A stretch of 64,000 nucleotides of DNA, from NCBI GenBank assembly GCA_019828565.1, contig JAHDYR010000012.1, positions 1,607,780 to 1,671,779 on the forward strand, given 5' to 3'. Source of the stretch: Carpediemonas membranifera BICM. Taxonomy: Eukaryota > Protista > Fornicata. A program made the position numbers and the translations under genes. The notes under the pieces were generated by a model. The model ran no database searches and was not told the origin of the DNA. It saw only the letters and a program-made list of their open reading frames with translations. Shown in pieces: positions 1-11,014 of this stretch. Positions within the stretch are counted from its first letter, which is position 1, and the number at the start of each line of letters is the position of its first letter.

Positions 1-920
1 AGTTAAATGCCAGCGCTAGGGTACGTAGGTGGCGCTTGATTTCGCGATTGACGCGTTCGACGTGACCGTTCGACTGCGGATGGAAAGGCGTGGTCCGGTG
101 GTGTGTGACCGATAAGCGCTCGGTTAGAGCGGTGATGATACGGTTGGCGTATTCCGGGCCTCCGTCTGTGTGCAGGATGGCCGGGATGCCGTGGCGGCAG
201 ATAGACGCCCAGATAGCGGCGGCAGCCGCGTCTGCATTGTTCGAGGGTGCTGGCACGAGCTCAGTAAAGTGCGTGAATGTGTCAGTAATCACGACGACAT
301 ACCGGTTGCCGGCCGAGTCCTCTGAGATGGGGCCGAGCGTGTCGACGGCTACGCGTTCGAATGGTGTGCTGCTCGGGGTCGCGCCCATCTTCAGCTTGAT
401 GAAGTTCGCCAGACGGGTCTTCTGACAGATCAAACAGGCGTTGATCAGGTCGGATACGGTGTGTTCGAGCTGTGGCCAGTCGTAACCCAAGTCACGCACG
501 GCCTGAGTGGTCTTCTTGACGCCCAAGTGCAGCCGGTGGGCCTCGGCTAGGACGTCGCGACGCGCGTCGGCGGGTACGAATGTGCGACCGTGATACTTGA
601 CGACACCGTTGACGATGGTGTGCTTGGAGGGTCTCTCGTCAGCGTGCTCCTTCTGAGAGGCGAGCACTCTCGACTCTAGCGTGTTAGCCGTGACCTCGGC
701 GATCTCAGCGGGGCGGGTCTGGAAAGGGAAACGGCTTAAGAAGTCGGCCGTGACGTTGGACTCGCCCGGGACGTGGTGGATCTTGAGTCTGAACTCCAAG
801 AACGACAGTAGCCATCGGCGATGCTTCCGATTGTGAGCGGCCATGCGGTGGAGTGCCATCAGATTCTTATGGTCGGTGAACACGGTCAGATCGGGGTGGC
901 CCAGGAAGGGAGAGTACATG

Positions 921-3365
921 TCAGGACGTGTCAGACAGTATATCAGAGCATACATCTCCTGGTCGTAGGTGCTCCATCTTTGTTGAACGTCCGAGAACGC
1001 CTTGGAGAAGTAGGCGACGACTCTCCAGTCTGTGGGCGTTTGCTGTTGTAGCAGTATGCCGCCTAGGCCGAGGGAGACCAGCGTCCGTCTCGAGGCGCCA
1101 GGGTTTGGAGAGGTCTGGTATGGCGAGTGACTCCTCAGAGGCGAGCTGTGTCAGAACAGCCGCGATAGCCTCTTGGTGTGCTGAAGTCCACACGACCTTG
1201 GCGTCCTTGCGGAGGAGGCCATTGATGGGCGCTAGGATGCGCTGGCAGTCAGGGATAAAATCTGCCACGTAGTTGATGTGGCCGAGGATCTGACGTACCT
1301 CGTGCGTGGTCGTCGGGCGTGGGAGGCTCTTGATCGTGTCAATGCGTGAGGGCTGAGGGCGACGACCGTGTTCGGAGACGATCTCGCCGAGACAGTCGAG
1401 AGTCTGGTAGCCAAAATGACACTTCTCGGCGCGCAGCCTGATGTTCTTGTCACTGAGTAGAGCGAGCGTGCGCTGGGTGCGCATGACGAGTACCTCGGGC
1501 GATGGCGCGCCAGCAAAGATGTCGTCTATGTAGTTCCTGACGCCCTCTGAGTATACCGGGCGCAGGACGTTGGCGATGGCCCGCTGGAATTGTGCGGGGA
1601 GGTTCTTTAGGCCAAACGGGGCGACCATATATTCGAAAAACTCGCCCGGGACCCGCACCGCGGACAGGTAACGGTGGGCATCCTTCAATGGCATCTGGTG
1701 AAACCCTTGGCGAAGGTCTAGACCGAAGAAGTACTTGCTGCCGACGAGGTCCTGGATGAGCGTGCGGGTATCTGTCATGGGGAAAGCGTCCGTCACAGTT
1801 GCCTCGTTGAGGGCCCTGTAGTCTGCGCAAAGTCGTAGTGGGCGGCGTCCGTCCGCGTCGGGCTTCTTCTGGACAATCACAGCCGGGCTAGAGACTGGGC
1901 CGTGTGCGTCGCGGATGAGCTGGGCTTCGTACATTTCATGGAGCTGTCGCTTGATCTCGGGAAGCCAGTCGGCGCGGATGCCGCGTGGGTTGGCTTGTGG
2001 CAGAATGGCGTCCGGCTTCAGGTCAATGGTGGCTTCCGCGATGTCGGCGCCGCCGAGAGGCAGCTTGGGGTCGAAGACGTCGGCGTTGGCCTGGAGCACA
2101 GCGAGTAGCTCGTCGTGTAGAGGGAACGAGGGGTCAATGTCGAAGGTTGGCGTGGCGAAGGACGAGACGTCGTCCGGCAGGTCGTCAGTCTCCGAGTCAA
2201 CCTCGTCGATGTATTGATTCTGGGCCGGTGTGACATCGTCGGCGGGGTCCTCCGCTGACGGTGGTAGCTGAATGTTGATGCCCGTGTCCGACATGAGGCC
2301 TAGGTGCCGGAGGAGGTCTGCCCCGAACAGGAACTTGTGGGCCTCCCCGGAGATGACTGGTACGGTCCACGTCAGCTCGACAGCGTTTGGTACGATGCCG
2401 TCGATAACGAGCTCGGCTATGACGGCGGTGGTGTCCTCGCAAGGTCGCTGGTCGGCCATCTTCAGCGTGTAAGCATGATTTGTGATCATTACCGGGCCGG
2501 CCTCCTTCAGCGTGGCGAACGTGGCCTCCGAGATACAGGTCTTGGCGGCTGCCGGGTCGAGCTTCGCCCGCAGTCTCGTGCCGTTGACGAGGATGTCGTG
2601 GTAGATCGGCTTACCGATGTTTTCGCGCTGCGCTGACGTGTCGACTTCGTCGATTGACTCATCGGTGTCGGACTCGGCGTCTATGTCGACCTCGTTGATG
2701 GATTGACTGAGGCGCTCGAGCCGGTTCGTCTCCTTGTTTCGCGTCCAGCCTGCCGCTGGGTTAGGGGCTCTCGCGTTGCGTTTGGGCGCTTGGGTGGTCG
2801 TTGTTGCAGGTCGGTCAGGGTTGTTGTGGTGGCCAGGGGCCTTCTTGGGCTTGGCACCCACTACAGCTGGTTGAATAGGACGCGATGGTTGGGGGGCGGC
2901 ACTGCGCTGTGTCTTCAGATGAGGGCACGCCTGAGTGACGTGGGACGAGTTGTATCCGTGGTAGTCGCAGAAGTGGCGGAAGGTGGGGTTGATGTGGTAG
3001 TTCGCCTTGTCTTTCAGCTGGACATACGGGTCTGGGCCGCTGATCTTGCGGGCTATGGGTTTGCGTGTGCGGGATCCGCCTGTCGCTTGCTCACCGTGGG
3101 GTTGCGGGGGCTGGCCGGTGCGGAATGCTCTCCAAGGAACGACGATGTAACCGTCGTGGTCCTCTTTGAGGTCCCTAAGGTTATCAAGGACGTCATCGAT
3201 GTCCTCTGCATCATCTATGATGTAGGAGTCGAAATAGTCCTTTGCTTCGGCGGAGAATCCCTTAAGTGCAAGCTCTCTGACTCTTGCGGCGAGAACCTTC
3301 CAAGGAATGGCTTGCAGTGCAGGAGCAGAAGCATCGGTGTTCACGAGATCGATGAACTCGCGCAA
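921..3365 (-). CDS. Element A gag C-terminus, protease and reverse transcriptase (frameshifted polyprotein segment)
   Basis: 814 aa ORF with knuckle, LDPAA, CADYRALN, LDLRQGFHQM, YIDD, and WRLETDA just before the frameshift. Confidence 0.9.
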   Translation of the reverse strand: MREFIDLVNTDASAPALQAIPWKVLAARVRELALKGFSAEAKDYFDSYIIDDAEDIDDVLDNLRDLKEDHDGYIVVPWRAFRTGQPPQPHGEQATGGSRTRKPIARKISGPDPYVQLKDKANYHINPTFRHFCDYHGYNSSHVTQACPHLKTQRSAAPQPSRPIQPAVVGAKPKKAPGHHNNPDRPATTTTQAPKRNARAPNPAAGWTRNKETNRLERLSQSINEVDIDAESDTDESIDEVDTSAQRENIGKPIYHDILVNGTRLRAKLDPAAAKTCISEATFATLKEAGPVMITNHAYTLKMADQRPCEDTTAVIAELVIDGIVPNAVELTWTVPVISGEAHKFLFGADLLRHLGLMSDTGINIQLPPSAEDPADDVTPAQNQYIDEVDSETDDLPDDVSSFATPTFDIDPSFPLHDELLAVLQANADVFDPKLPLGGADIAEATIDLKPDAILPQANPRGIRADWLPEIKRQLHEMYEAQLIRDAHGPVSSPAVIVQKKPDADGRRPLRLCADYRALNEATVTDAFPMTDTRTLIQDLVGSKYFFGLDLRQGFHQMPLKDAHRYLSAVRVPGEFFEYMVAPFGLKNLPAQFQRAIANVLRPVYSEGVRNYIDDIFAGAPSPEVLVMRTQRTLALLSDKNIRLRAEKCHFGYQTLDCLGEIVSEHGRRPQPSRIDTIKSLPRPTTTHEVRQILGHINYVADFIPDCQRILAPINGLLRKDAKVVWTSAHQEAIAAVLTQLASEESLAIPDLSKPWRLETDAGLPRPRRHTATTANAHRLESRRLLLQGVLGRSTKMEHLRPGDVCSDILSDTS

Positions 3366-3480
3366 AGCGGCAATAGTTGAGCGATGTTTGGATGCTTTGC
3401 CATAGAGTGCACCGGGAAGTTGATGGACTTGATGCGCGCGCCGACGTCCAGGGACGGCATGAGTGTGACGGAGCAGGCGG

Positions 3481-4143
3481 CTACGATGTCGTCGGCCTCG
3501 TCATGGAGGTAGGCGCGAATGTCGGTGACGTCGTCCCAGTCGGACTCGTCACTGGACGTGTCGGAGTTGTTGGTGGCGGCAGCCTCGTCATCGGCCGGCT
3601 TGGGTGGGGCCAGGGCTGCGTTGACCTCGGCGACGTACTCGTCGTCGCGGAGGGGACATCTGGGTTGAACTTGTTGATGAGGGGCACATAAACCGGGGCG
3701 TTGTGGTCGATCTCGGCTACTGCAGCCGTGAATACGGCTTCTGCGCGGCGCTGTGCAGCCGCGGCCATCGGGCCTTCAGGAAAGGCCGCGGCCGCCGCTT
3801 CAGCGAGCATAAACAGGTCTTCTTCGAGAGCGGCGGTTAGACGGGCTACTGCCTGCTTGGGGGGTGGCGTGGAGGTGCTTGGGGGCGTGATGGGAAGTGA
3901 GAGCTTCATCTCGCGCCTAATGGCGCTGCGGATTACCGCATCGGGACATACATCGTCTTCTAGGTCCTCGAAGGTCTTATAATCAGAGGTGGGTCTCCAA
4001 TTGGCCCGTAAGAACTCCTGCGAGCTGATGCTTAGGCATCTAAGGAACGATGTAGGAAATCTTGCATGAGGAAGTTCCCGCTTGTATTCCTTCGCGGCGG
4101 AGTTGAGCAGTGGAAGGGAACTTACGTCGAATTTCGTAGCCAT
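3481..4143 (-). CDS. Element A gag N-terminus (frameshifted)
   Basis: Homologous to the gag starts of B and F (LEEDLF..A..A...P.GPMA.AAQRRA). Confidence 0.8.
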   Translation of the reverse strand: MATKFDVSSLPLLNSAAKEYKRELPHARFPTSFLRCLSISSQEFLRANWRPTSDYKTFEDLEDDVCPDAVIRSAIRREMKLSLPITPPSTSTPPPKQAVARLTAALEEDLFMLAEAAAAAFPEGPMAAAAQRRAEAVFTAAVAEIDHNAPVYVPLINKFNPDVPSATTSTSPRSTQPWPHPSRPMTRLPPPTTPTRPVTSPTGTTSPTFAPTSMTRPTTS

Positions 4144-4160
4144 AGGGAGTGATTAATCAC

Positions 4161-4201
4161 TGTGGCGTAAACGACGGGTATTCGAGAATTCGTTTTAATC
4201 A
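4161..4201 (-). repeat. Micro-LTR of element A (~41 bp)
   Basis: tgtggcg...ttaatca between gag A and the interrupted gag of B. Palindrome agtgattaatcact at 4148-4161. Partner LTR is outside the window, so the outer boundary is inferred. Confidence 0.7.
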
Positions 4202-5319
4202 GGTGATGCGTCAACGGCGAGGGTATGGCTTTCGAGAGGTGGTATCTCCGCCTTGGCTGGTGTCGGCGGATCGGTTGTTGGGCGGTCGTGCGGTGACGGT
4301 CTTGCTGTAGGCTCGCCACGGCACGATGATGTTGTTATCGTGGTCGACGTCAAGGGCCTCTAAGGCGCTGATGACGCTGTCCACGTCGTCTTTGATCTCG
4401 ATGAGGGACTTATAGAGCTCCTTTGCATCTTCTTCGAAGTTCTCGAGCGCGATGGAGCGGATCTTCGCGATGACGGCTGTAGGTGGCAGCTCAGCATAGT
4501 TGTCGGCCTCTACATCGGGACTAGCTTGCTGGATTGACTCCTTAAGGGCTGTGATGGCGAGGCGGTGGCCGCCGGATGTGCCGTAGAGACGTTTGTCCTT
4601 CGGGAGTGCAAGTGCTTTCAGGCGAGAACCGAAGTCGGTTTTCGGCATGACGGCAAGGTAGAGATCAGGTAGGATGTCCTTCATCTCTTGGATTAGCTCG
4701 TTGCGAATATCGTCTTCATCTTCGTCGTCGGTTGGGGGAGCGTCGGGGTCGGCGAACTTGGCGGGGATGTCAGGGGGAGCGAACGTCGCACGGGTCGTCG
4801 GCGAAGATGTTTTTCAGAGGCTTGTAGGCGGGATACTGCTGGTCAAGGTGAGCTATAGCGGCGTCAAATTCGGCCTGGGCGCGGCGCTGGGCAGCCGTCG
4901 CCATTGGCCCGTCGGGGAATTTTGCCGCGGCGTGCTGGCATAGGTTAAAAAGATCGTCCTCTAGGAGGAGCTTGATCTCGATGGTGGCGGAGGAGGAGTC
5001 GATGGGCTTAGTACGTTCGAGGCGGAGGCGCGCGCGGATATCGGCCTCGGAGTAACAATCCTCTTCTAGCTCTTGGAAGGTAGTGTATTGCTTAGTCTTG
5101 CGCCAGTTAACGCGGATGAATTCGCGACTAGCTGGTGACAGGGCCCGAAGGAATCCAACGGGAATTTTCTTGTGGTGAACTTCGGCGGCGAACGTCTTCG
5201 CGGCCTTGGTGAGCTCTTTTGCGTTCGAGACATGTAGTCCTTCGGTAATTGACATTGCGCAGTGAATTCACTGTGGCAACTACTAAAGAACAGACAAGTG
5301 TTTATCAATTGATTACTCA
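4202..5319 (-). mobile_element. Gypsy element B, 5' part (LTR 5272-5319 and gag), inserted in pol of C
   Basis: 48 bp LTR similar to the LTR of F (gtgtttatcaattgattactc). Palindrome cagtgaattcactg at 5260-5273. Gag ORFs 4770-5255 and 4211-4684 homologous to gag of A and F. Confidence 0.88.
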
Positions 5320-6848
5320 TCGATTTTGATTGGTTCGAGCAAACTACCGTTCTTCGGCATCTGGGGGTCAAATACGTCTTCATACGCTGCACACAGCGCC
5401 CTGAGGTCTTCGGAGATCTCTGATTCCGGAATATGTATCGTTGAGACTCCTTCTTCCACTTCCTCCGTCGTGTTCGCTTCAAGATAGTCGTTCGCGAACG
5501 GGAAGTCATCTGTTTCATCTTTCTCCTCGGGTTTGAAAACGATATGGAGCCCTTCAGGTGTTAGGAGCCCCAGACTTCTCAGCGTGCTGCAGCCGAGGAG
5601 TATCTTCTCACGAGAGCTTGGCAGGACCAAGAACGTCTGCTCAAACCTCACCTCCCTCTCTCCGACGTGGGGTAAGGTCACCTCCACGGTCAGTGACGTC
5701 GTCACCTTCACCAGCGCGTTACTCGCTGTTCTTATAAACCTCGGTGGGCAACTCTTTTCCACGAGGCCTGGCTGTCTCTCCCGAAGGATATGGGAGGTTC
5801 GTGACGTGATAATCGAGGGCCCTGCACCAGAGTCAATGAGCGCCATGTACTTGGAGGAGTTTATAACCGCCTCCGTGGCCAGGGCTTCCTCGTTCTCATC
5901 GACCGCGTTCGCCTCCATAGGCGTCCCCTTGGGCGGGTTCTGGCGCAGACCGCCGTTCTCCCTCGTGCGGCGCTTAGGGCAGGAGTCGGCAAAATGACCA
6001 ACTTCTCCACAGATGTAGCAAACCTTGGGGGTCCTTGCCTTGCCGGCGGACGAGGTACTGCCGCTGGAGTTTTGGCCGAAGCTCTGGCCGGAGCTCGGCG
6101 TGCTCTTGTTGCCATCCTTCTCAACAGGCTTCTCTGGGACGTCAGGCGCTGAGGATAGCGCCTCGTCATGCTTCGCCATGGCCCGGATGACCTTGACGGT
6201 GTCGGAGAAGGACGCCTTTGGTAGCGTCGTGAGCATCGTCTCCACCTTCCGCTTGAAAGCGGGCGGGCGTAGCTTGGCGACGAGGATCTGGCGCGCCTTC
6301 TTTTGGAGAAAGGTCTTGGCGCGGGCTTCAGCGATCTCGTCTCTCGAGGCATCTCGTTCGCGTTCTTGGATCTCAGCCTTCGACTCACCGTCGTCTTGCT
6401 TGACGATTACGGCTACATCCTCCTTCACCTTATTGAACAGGAAGGCGAAGTCGGGCAGGTTCTCGTACTTTGCGACTTGCGGTGCCAGGTCAGTCCACTG
6501 CGTGATGTCGCTGATGTACTCTCTGATGGCCGCGGTACGGCCCTTCTGGGTCGTGCTTATACCGCACGTAACCCCTTCTATTTTGGCGCGAAACTCCAGG
6601 AGTGAATCAGGGATCACCTCCCTCTGGAGTGTGGTGATGATCTCCTCGAGTGTGATCTTCTCGATGTCATCGGCTCCCAGGGCCTCTTTGACAAGATCTT
6701 GTAGGTCCTGCGCGAGCAAGAGCGCGACAGGAAACCCTTCGTTGCTAGCAAGGAAGATCTTTGCATCTTGTCGCCATTCCTTGATTGCCGCCGGTGATAA
6801 TGCGGAGCTCGTCAGCTTGTTGACTACCTGATTGACCTTCACGTTCAT
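5313..6848 (-). CDS. Element C gag-protease (truncated by insertion of B)
   Basis: CCHC knuckle CYICGEVGHFADSC; aspartic protease ALIDSGA ... ILLG. Confidence 0.88.
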   Translation of the reverse strand: MNVKVNQVVNKLTSSALSPAAIKEWRQDAKIFLASNEGFPVALLLAQDLQDLVKEALGADDIEKITLEEIITTLQREVIPDSLLEFRAKIEGVTCGISTTQKGRTAAIREYISDITQWTDLAPQVAKYENLPDFAFLFNKVKEDVAVIVKQDDGESKAEIQERERDASRDEIAEARAKTFLQKKARQILVAKLRPPAFKRKVETMLTTLPKASFSDTVKVIRAMAKHDEALSSAPDVPEKPVEKDGNKSTPSSGQSFGQNSSGSTSSAGKARTPKVCYICGEVGHFADSCPKRRTRENGGLRQNPPKGTPMEANAVDENEEALATEAVINSSKYMALIDSGAGPSIITSRTSHILRERQPGLVEKSCPPRFIRTASNALVKVTTSLTVEVTLPHVGEREVRFEQTFLVLPSSREKILLGCSTLRSLGLLTPEGLHIVFKPEEKDETDDFPFANDYLEANTTEEVEEGVSTIHIPESEISEDLRALCAAYEDVFDPQMPKNGSLLEPIKIDE

Positions 6849-6916
6849 GGTCTAGAGTGATCACTGTGCTAGGACCTTGTGCTTATACTGCGAAAACTGA
6901 ACTAATCAATATCACA
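5320..6916 (-). mobile_element. Gypsy element C, 5' part (LTR ~6865-6916, gag-protease), inserted in D
   Basis: ~52 bp TG..CA segment; palindrome agtgatcact at 6856-6865; gag-PR ORF interrupted by B just before RT. Confidence 0.85.
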
Positions 6917-8032
6917 ACACCACTCCTCGTCGTCATCTATCTCTATCTCAGTGTCATCTGTCTCTATTGTGGGCAGTCGCAGGTACCCCAGCTCGGCCAT
7001 GGTGGGGAAACCTATTACCATCGGGCGGGGCAGCTGAGGGAGCACGTGGAACTCGAGCACCGCTTGCACCATGCTCAGAGCACCGGGGACCGTGACCTCC
7101 AGCTGAGTCCGTCCGAGAGTCCTTACGACCGTGCGGTCACCGAGGCGTACGTCAACACGCACGCCCGGGTCCACCTTGAGGGCGAGGCGATCGGCCTTCT
7201 CCTCGGTGATGAAGTTGGCGGTCGCCCCCGAGTCCAGCAGAGCGGCGACCTTGTACTCGTGCACTTGCACGGTGATCACCGGGCTCCTGCCGGGGGCTGA
7301 CTCCGCGCTGACCTCTCCAATTTCACAATACTGGGCCGATTTACGGCACTCGCCAGTCGTGTGACCGAACATACCGCAGTTAGTGCAGTGTTTGATCGGT
7401 TCCCTGCATGCGTTCATCTTGTGTGGGCCGCCGCAGTTGAAGCACTTGGCCTCAGCGGGGTCGCGCTGTTGCTTCTCACGCTTCTCAGCGGCGGACGGCT
7501 GCGCCTTGCGGCGCCCTTGCTGTTGACCTTGCAGCTGGCCATGCTGCTGTCCGGAGGGACGTGGCTTCTTGTCGAGCTCGACCAGCTTGTACCCGAGGTC
7601 CGGCAGGCGATCCTTGAGGCGTTCTAGGTCGTTAAGGAGCGTGCGACTAATGGAACAGGCGAGGCTCATGACCTCTTCTAACGGAGTGTCATCACGAGTG
7701 CGGTCCTTCAGCTCATACCGCGTGGACGTGGCGGGAATGCCACTGATGAAAAGCTCTCGTAGGTTCAGGGACTTGGCCGCGTCGCCCATGATGGAGCGGA
7801 CGCGTTCGAACTCAGCGACGTACAGGGCTACATCGGCCGGGCGGATGGAGGAGGCCTTGAGACCCTTGAATGCGTTGCGGATAGTTGTCTCGTCGTTGGG
7901 GCGCAGCGCACCAAGGAGTGCTTCGACGAACATCTTGTCTCGGGCCTTCTTGAGCTTGCGGCGGCGTTTCTTCGAAAGTTCGTCCCCGTGTTCGTCCTCA
8001 GATGGTATTGTAGGGTTCTCGTCGGTTAAACA
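6917..8032 (-). mobile_element. Gypsy element D internal fragment (gag-protease)
   Basis: ORF 6902-7933 with two CCHC knuckles (CFNCGGPHKMNAC, CTNCGMFGHTTGEC) and ALLDSGAT. Cut by the LTR of C on the left and the 3' LTR of E on the right. Confidence 0.85.
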
Positions 8033-9384
8033 TGTTGTTGTATCGTTGTGTTTATTGAGTTCGTAAGCTAGGTCCGCAGACTCGGGTTCGCAGGCCCAGG
8101 GTTCGCACCCTGCTGCCTGGACCCGACCTCACTTCTCCCCTGAAGGCGAATCTCCTGGTGAGCTTCCAAATACTCATCGAGTGCAGCGAGATCCTTCGCA
8201 TCCTTATAGGGAATCCATGAGTCGTCCTCAGGTCCGTACCCGTCCCAGCGGATCTTGAACTGCCACTGCGTCTTCGTACGCCCAGGGCGATGAGCAATAT
8301 TCCGTTCGACTAGATATGAATCGTAACCTAGAGAGACGAGTTGGAGCGGATCGATCGTCGTGCCTGTGTAAGGGATCACTCGAGTCGCGTGATAGCGGAG
8401 GTTGGTCTTCGTCTCCGGGTTCCTGACACGGTAAATATCGTCGATAACTTCCTGAACCTCGTATGGTCCAAGATATAGGGGAGCGAGACGGTCAGGCCTC
8501 CTATTGTCGGGATGCGTGGTCAGAACCTTTGTTCCGATAGGTAGGGGCTCAGTCATAGCCTGAGACTCCTCTCGGGCACTACAGTCAGGAAGGCGTTCTG
8601 AGTCTGCTGTGCTTTCTCGATGACCAGGCGCTGTGTTTCGATCATCGCTTGCACATACGCCTGAGTCGGTTCGGCATGTTCGCTATCCCTTCCCCCCTCG
8701 GTCGACAGGAGGTTGACAGCAAGGTCGATAGCGCCAAACATGATCTTCGAGGGCTCGATGCCCGTTGTCGCGCAAGGAGTCGCGTTCACAATGCGCTGTA
8801 CCATCGGTAGGTAGGTCGACCACGAATCGCGGAGTCGCCTCTCGTTAATAAGGACTCGTATATGCCGATTGAGTTCTCGGTTGGCTCGTTCAACGAGTCC
8901 GTTCGCTCGGTGATGATATGGTAGGGTGAGGATTCGCTTCACCTTGAGTATCTCGCACAACGCTTGGATTGCCGTCGCAGTGAACTGAGCACCTTGGTCA
9001 GTTCTAAGGGCGGTAGGTACACCATAGCGTCCAAAAACTTGCAGCATCGCAACCATTGCTTCCTCGCTCGTGGCTCGTTGAGTGGGGATAAACTACACAA
9101 AGCGCGAGAAGGCATCGATGAACGTGATAACATACTGATTGCCGCGGCTATCCTTAGGGAAGGGACCTACGGTGTCACAGCACCAGACTTGACCCGGGCC
9201 ATCGGCCATGGTGGACCGAAACGGGGGGTCTAGGGTCTTCTGGGGAAGGCGGAGCTTCTGACAGACTGAACAGTCCTTAATCATTCGCTCTACGTCTTCG
9301 TTCATGTTCGACCAGGTATAGCCCAGAGCCTTGAGTCGGCGGACGGTCTCGTCACGTCCCATATGACCCGACTCGGCATTATGG
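8033..9384 (-). mobile_element. Gypsy element E, 3' part (integrase-chromodomain, PPT, ~99 bp 3' LTR at 8033-8131)
   Basis: HHCC (HNAESGHMG..CSVC), D,D(35)E core (CDTVG, TDQG, VERAN), GPY motif, chromodomain (YLVER..IRWDGYGPEDDSW). PPT aggggagaag, then TG..CA LTR containing aataaa. Three frameshifted ORFs. Confidence 0.88.
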
Positions 9385-9421
9385 TGTGGTATGGATAGAA
9401 CAGCTAGCGAAAGAGATTTAA

Positions 9422-11014
9422 TCAATTGATTGGGACACTACCCCTCTCCTCGAGGTGACGGCGCACGACGGACGTGCGGGCGGCGTCAGAGTTGGGACCC
9501 TCCCACGTGGCCTTAGCCTCAGGGAAGCCGAGCCACTTAATGAGGAGGTCGCCAGTCTCGTCGTCGACCTCTAGGACTTTCTCGACGTAATACTCCTCGT
9601 CGTCGGTAGCCGCGATGCGCAACAGTTCGGCGTCGCTGAGGGGGCCTTGGCAGATGCGGATTAACTGGCTCAGGTGGACCCGGCGGCTCTTGCCGCCAGT
9701 GAGCGGCGTGATCTCCGCTGCGTAACCGTCGGCGGCTGTGATGCGGAATGGGCCGCGGTGGCCGTGTAGCTTCGTGGGGCTCTCGTTCTTACGAAGGACC
9801 AGAGTGCCCGGCTCGATCGGGGGCGTCGGCTCTGCGGTCCTTGTCATTGCCTGCTGGCGGTTGAGGGCCTGGTCGGCGAGGATCTGGAGGTGCTCGGTGA
9901 GCGCGTCGATGTAGGAGGCTATGTCGTCCAGGGGAGTATGAACTCTACCCTCCTCCTTGGGTGCGATCGTGAAGTCGCGAGCGGAGGCATGCTTGCCCAT
10001 CAAGAGAGCAATGGGTTCGACGCCGGTGACGGAGTGGACCGTAGTGTTCAGGATGTACTGGACGTATGGGACCACGGAGGCCCAGGCGTCGTAACGGTCA
10101 AACATCAGACAGAGCACACGTAAGTGTCGCTTGACTTCCTGGTTGCGTCTCTCGGCCAGGCCGTTTGACTGAGGGTGGAAAGGGATTGTCCGGTGGTACG
10201 TGACCTGCAAGCGATCAAGGAAAGCTTCTATCATCCGATTGCGGTACTCGGGGCCGTTGTCCGAAAGGAACTCGCGAGGCACACCGTAGCGTCCGATGAT
10301 GGACCAAAGTGCCAGCCCGACCGTCGTCGCGTTGTTGGAAGCTGTGGGGATGAGCTCCGTGAAGCGGGTAAACATGTCGGTTGCCACCACGATGTATCTG
10401 AAACCCTCGGAGTCGACAGGGAAAGGACCCATGGTGTCTACAGCGATGGTCTGGAAGGGTCGGTCGCGCAGAGAAGACTGCGTTGTGGTCTTAATGAAAG
10501 CGGAGAGGCGTGCCTTAGCGCAGTACACGCAGGTTGACACGACTGCGTGCACGTCGGAGTGGAGGCCTGGCCAATCGTGCCCAAGCTGGCGGACGTTCCT
10601 GATGGTGGCCTGCTCGCCCTCGTGGTATCGGTGAGCTTCTTGCACGATCTTGCGCTTGGCGTCTTCGTCGAGCTCGGCCTCTGAGACGTTGTTGACCTGC
10701 GTGACTGTGGCCTGCGGGTTGTATCGACTGAGTGCGTCGGCCAGTGTGTTCTGCGCGCCTGCGATGTGTCTGATGACGAACTCGAACTCTTGGATCATAA
10801 GCAGCCAGCGGAGGTGCTTACGGTTTTCCTGGCCAGCCTTGGAGTGCAGGTAGACCAAGTTGCGGTGGTCCGTCCAGATCGTCAGGTCCTGGTGGACTCT
10901 AAAGATGGGCGAGAGGTCAGGCCGAGTGAGGCAGTAGATGATCGCGAACAGCTCCTGGTCGTACGTGCACCAACGCGACTGTGTGTCGTTGAAGACCTTT
11001 GAGAAGAATGACAC
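9422..11014 (-). CDS. Element J RNase H-integrase-chromodomain
   Basis: TDHRNL, ADALSR, HHCC, VDTMG/SDNG/AERRN, chromodomain YYVEKVL..IKWLGFP; stop codon lies inside the 3' LTR. Confidence 0.92.
   Translation of the reverse strand: MSFFSKVFNDTQSRWCTYDQELFAIIYCLTRPDLSPIFRVHQDLTIWTDHRNLVYLHSKAGQENRKHLRWLLMIQEFEFVIRHIAGAQNTLADALSRYNPQATVTQVNNVSEAELDEDAKRKIVQEAHRYHEGEQATIRNVRQLGHDWPGLHSDVHAVVSTCVYCAKARLSAFIKTTTQSSLRDRPFQTIAVDTMGPFPVDSEGFRYIVVATDMFTRFTELIPTASNNATTVGLALWSIIGRYGVPREFLSDNGPEYRNRMIEAFLDRLQVTYHRTIPFHPQSNGLAERRNQEVKRHLRVLCLMFDRYDAWASVVPYVQYILNTTVHSVTGVEPIALLMGKHASARDFTIAPKEEGRVHTPLDDIASYIDALTEHLQILADQALNRQQAMTRTAEPTPPIEPGTLVLRKNESPTKLHGHRGPFRITAADGYAAEITPLTGGKSRRVHLSQLIRICQGPLSDAELLRIAATDDEEYYVEKVLEVDDETGDLLIKWLGFPEAKATWEGPNSDAARTSVVRRHLEERGSVPIN

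Larger units (their letters stand above)
1..4201 (-). mobile_element. Ty3/Gypsy LTR retrotransposon A (5' LTR, gag-PR-RT-RNaseH-integrase; 3' end lies outside the window), inserted in gag of element B
   Basis: 5' LTR 4161-4201 (TG..CA). Gag ATG at 4143. CHHC knuckle CDYHGYNSSHVTQAC, protease LDPAA, RT LDLRQGFHQ/APFGL/YIDD, RNase H ETDA, and integrase core in 1-730. Frameshifts near 3640 and 1075. Confidence 0.93.

Noticed and set aside
8028-8040. aacatgtt as a ninth PBS palindrome for element D sharing the LTR of E
   Set aside because: It is only 8 bp, lacks the AG..CT register, and D gag is already mid-frame; better explained as an insertion junction.
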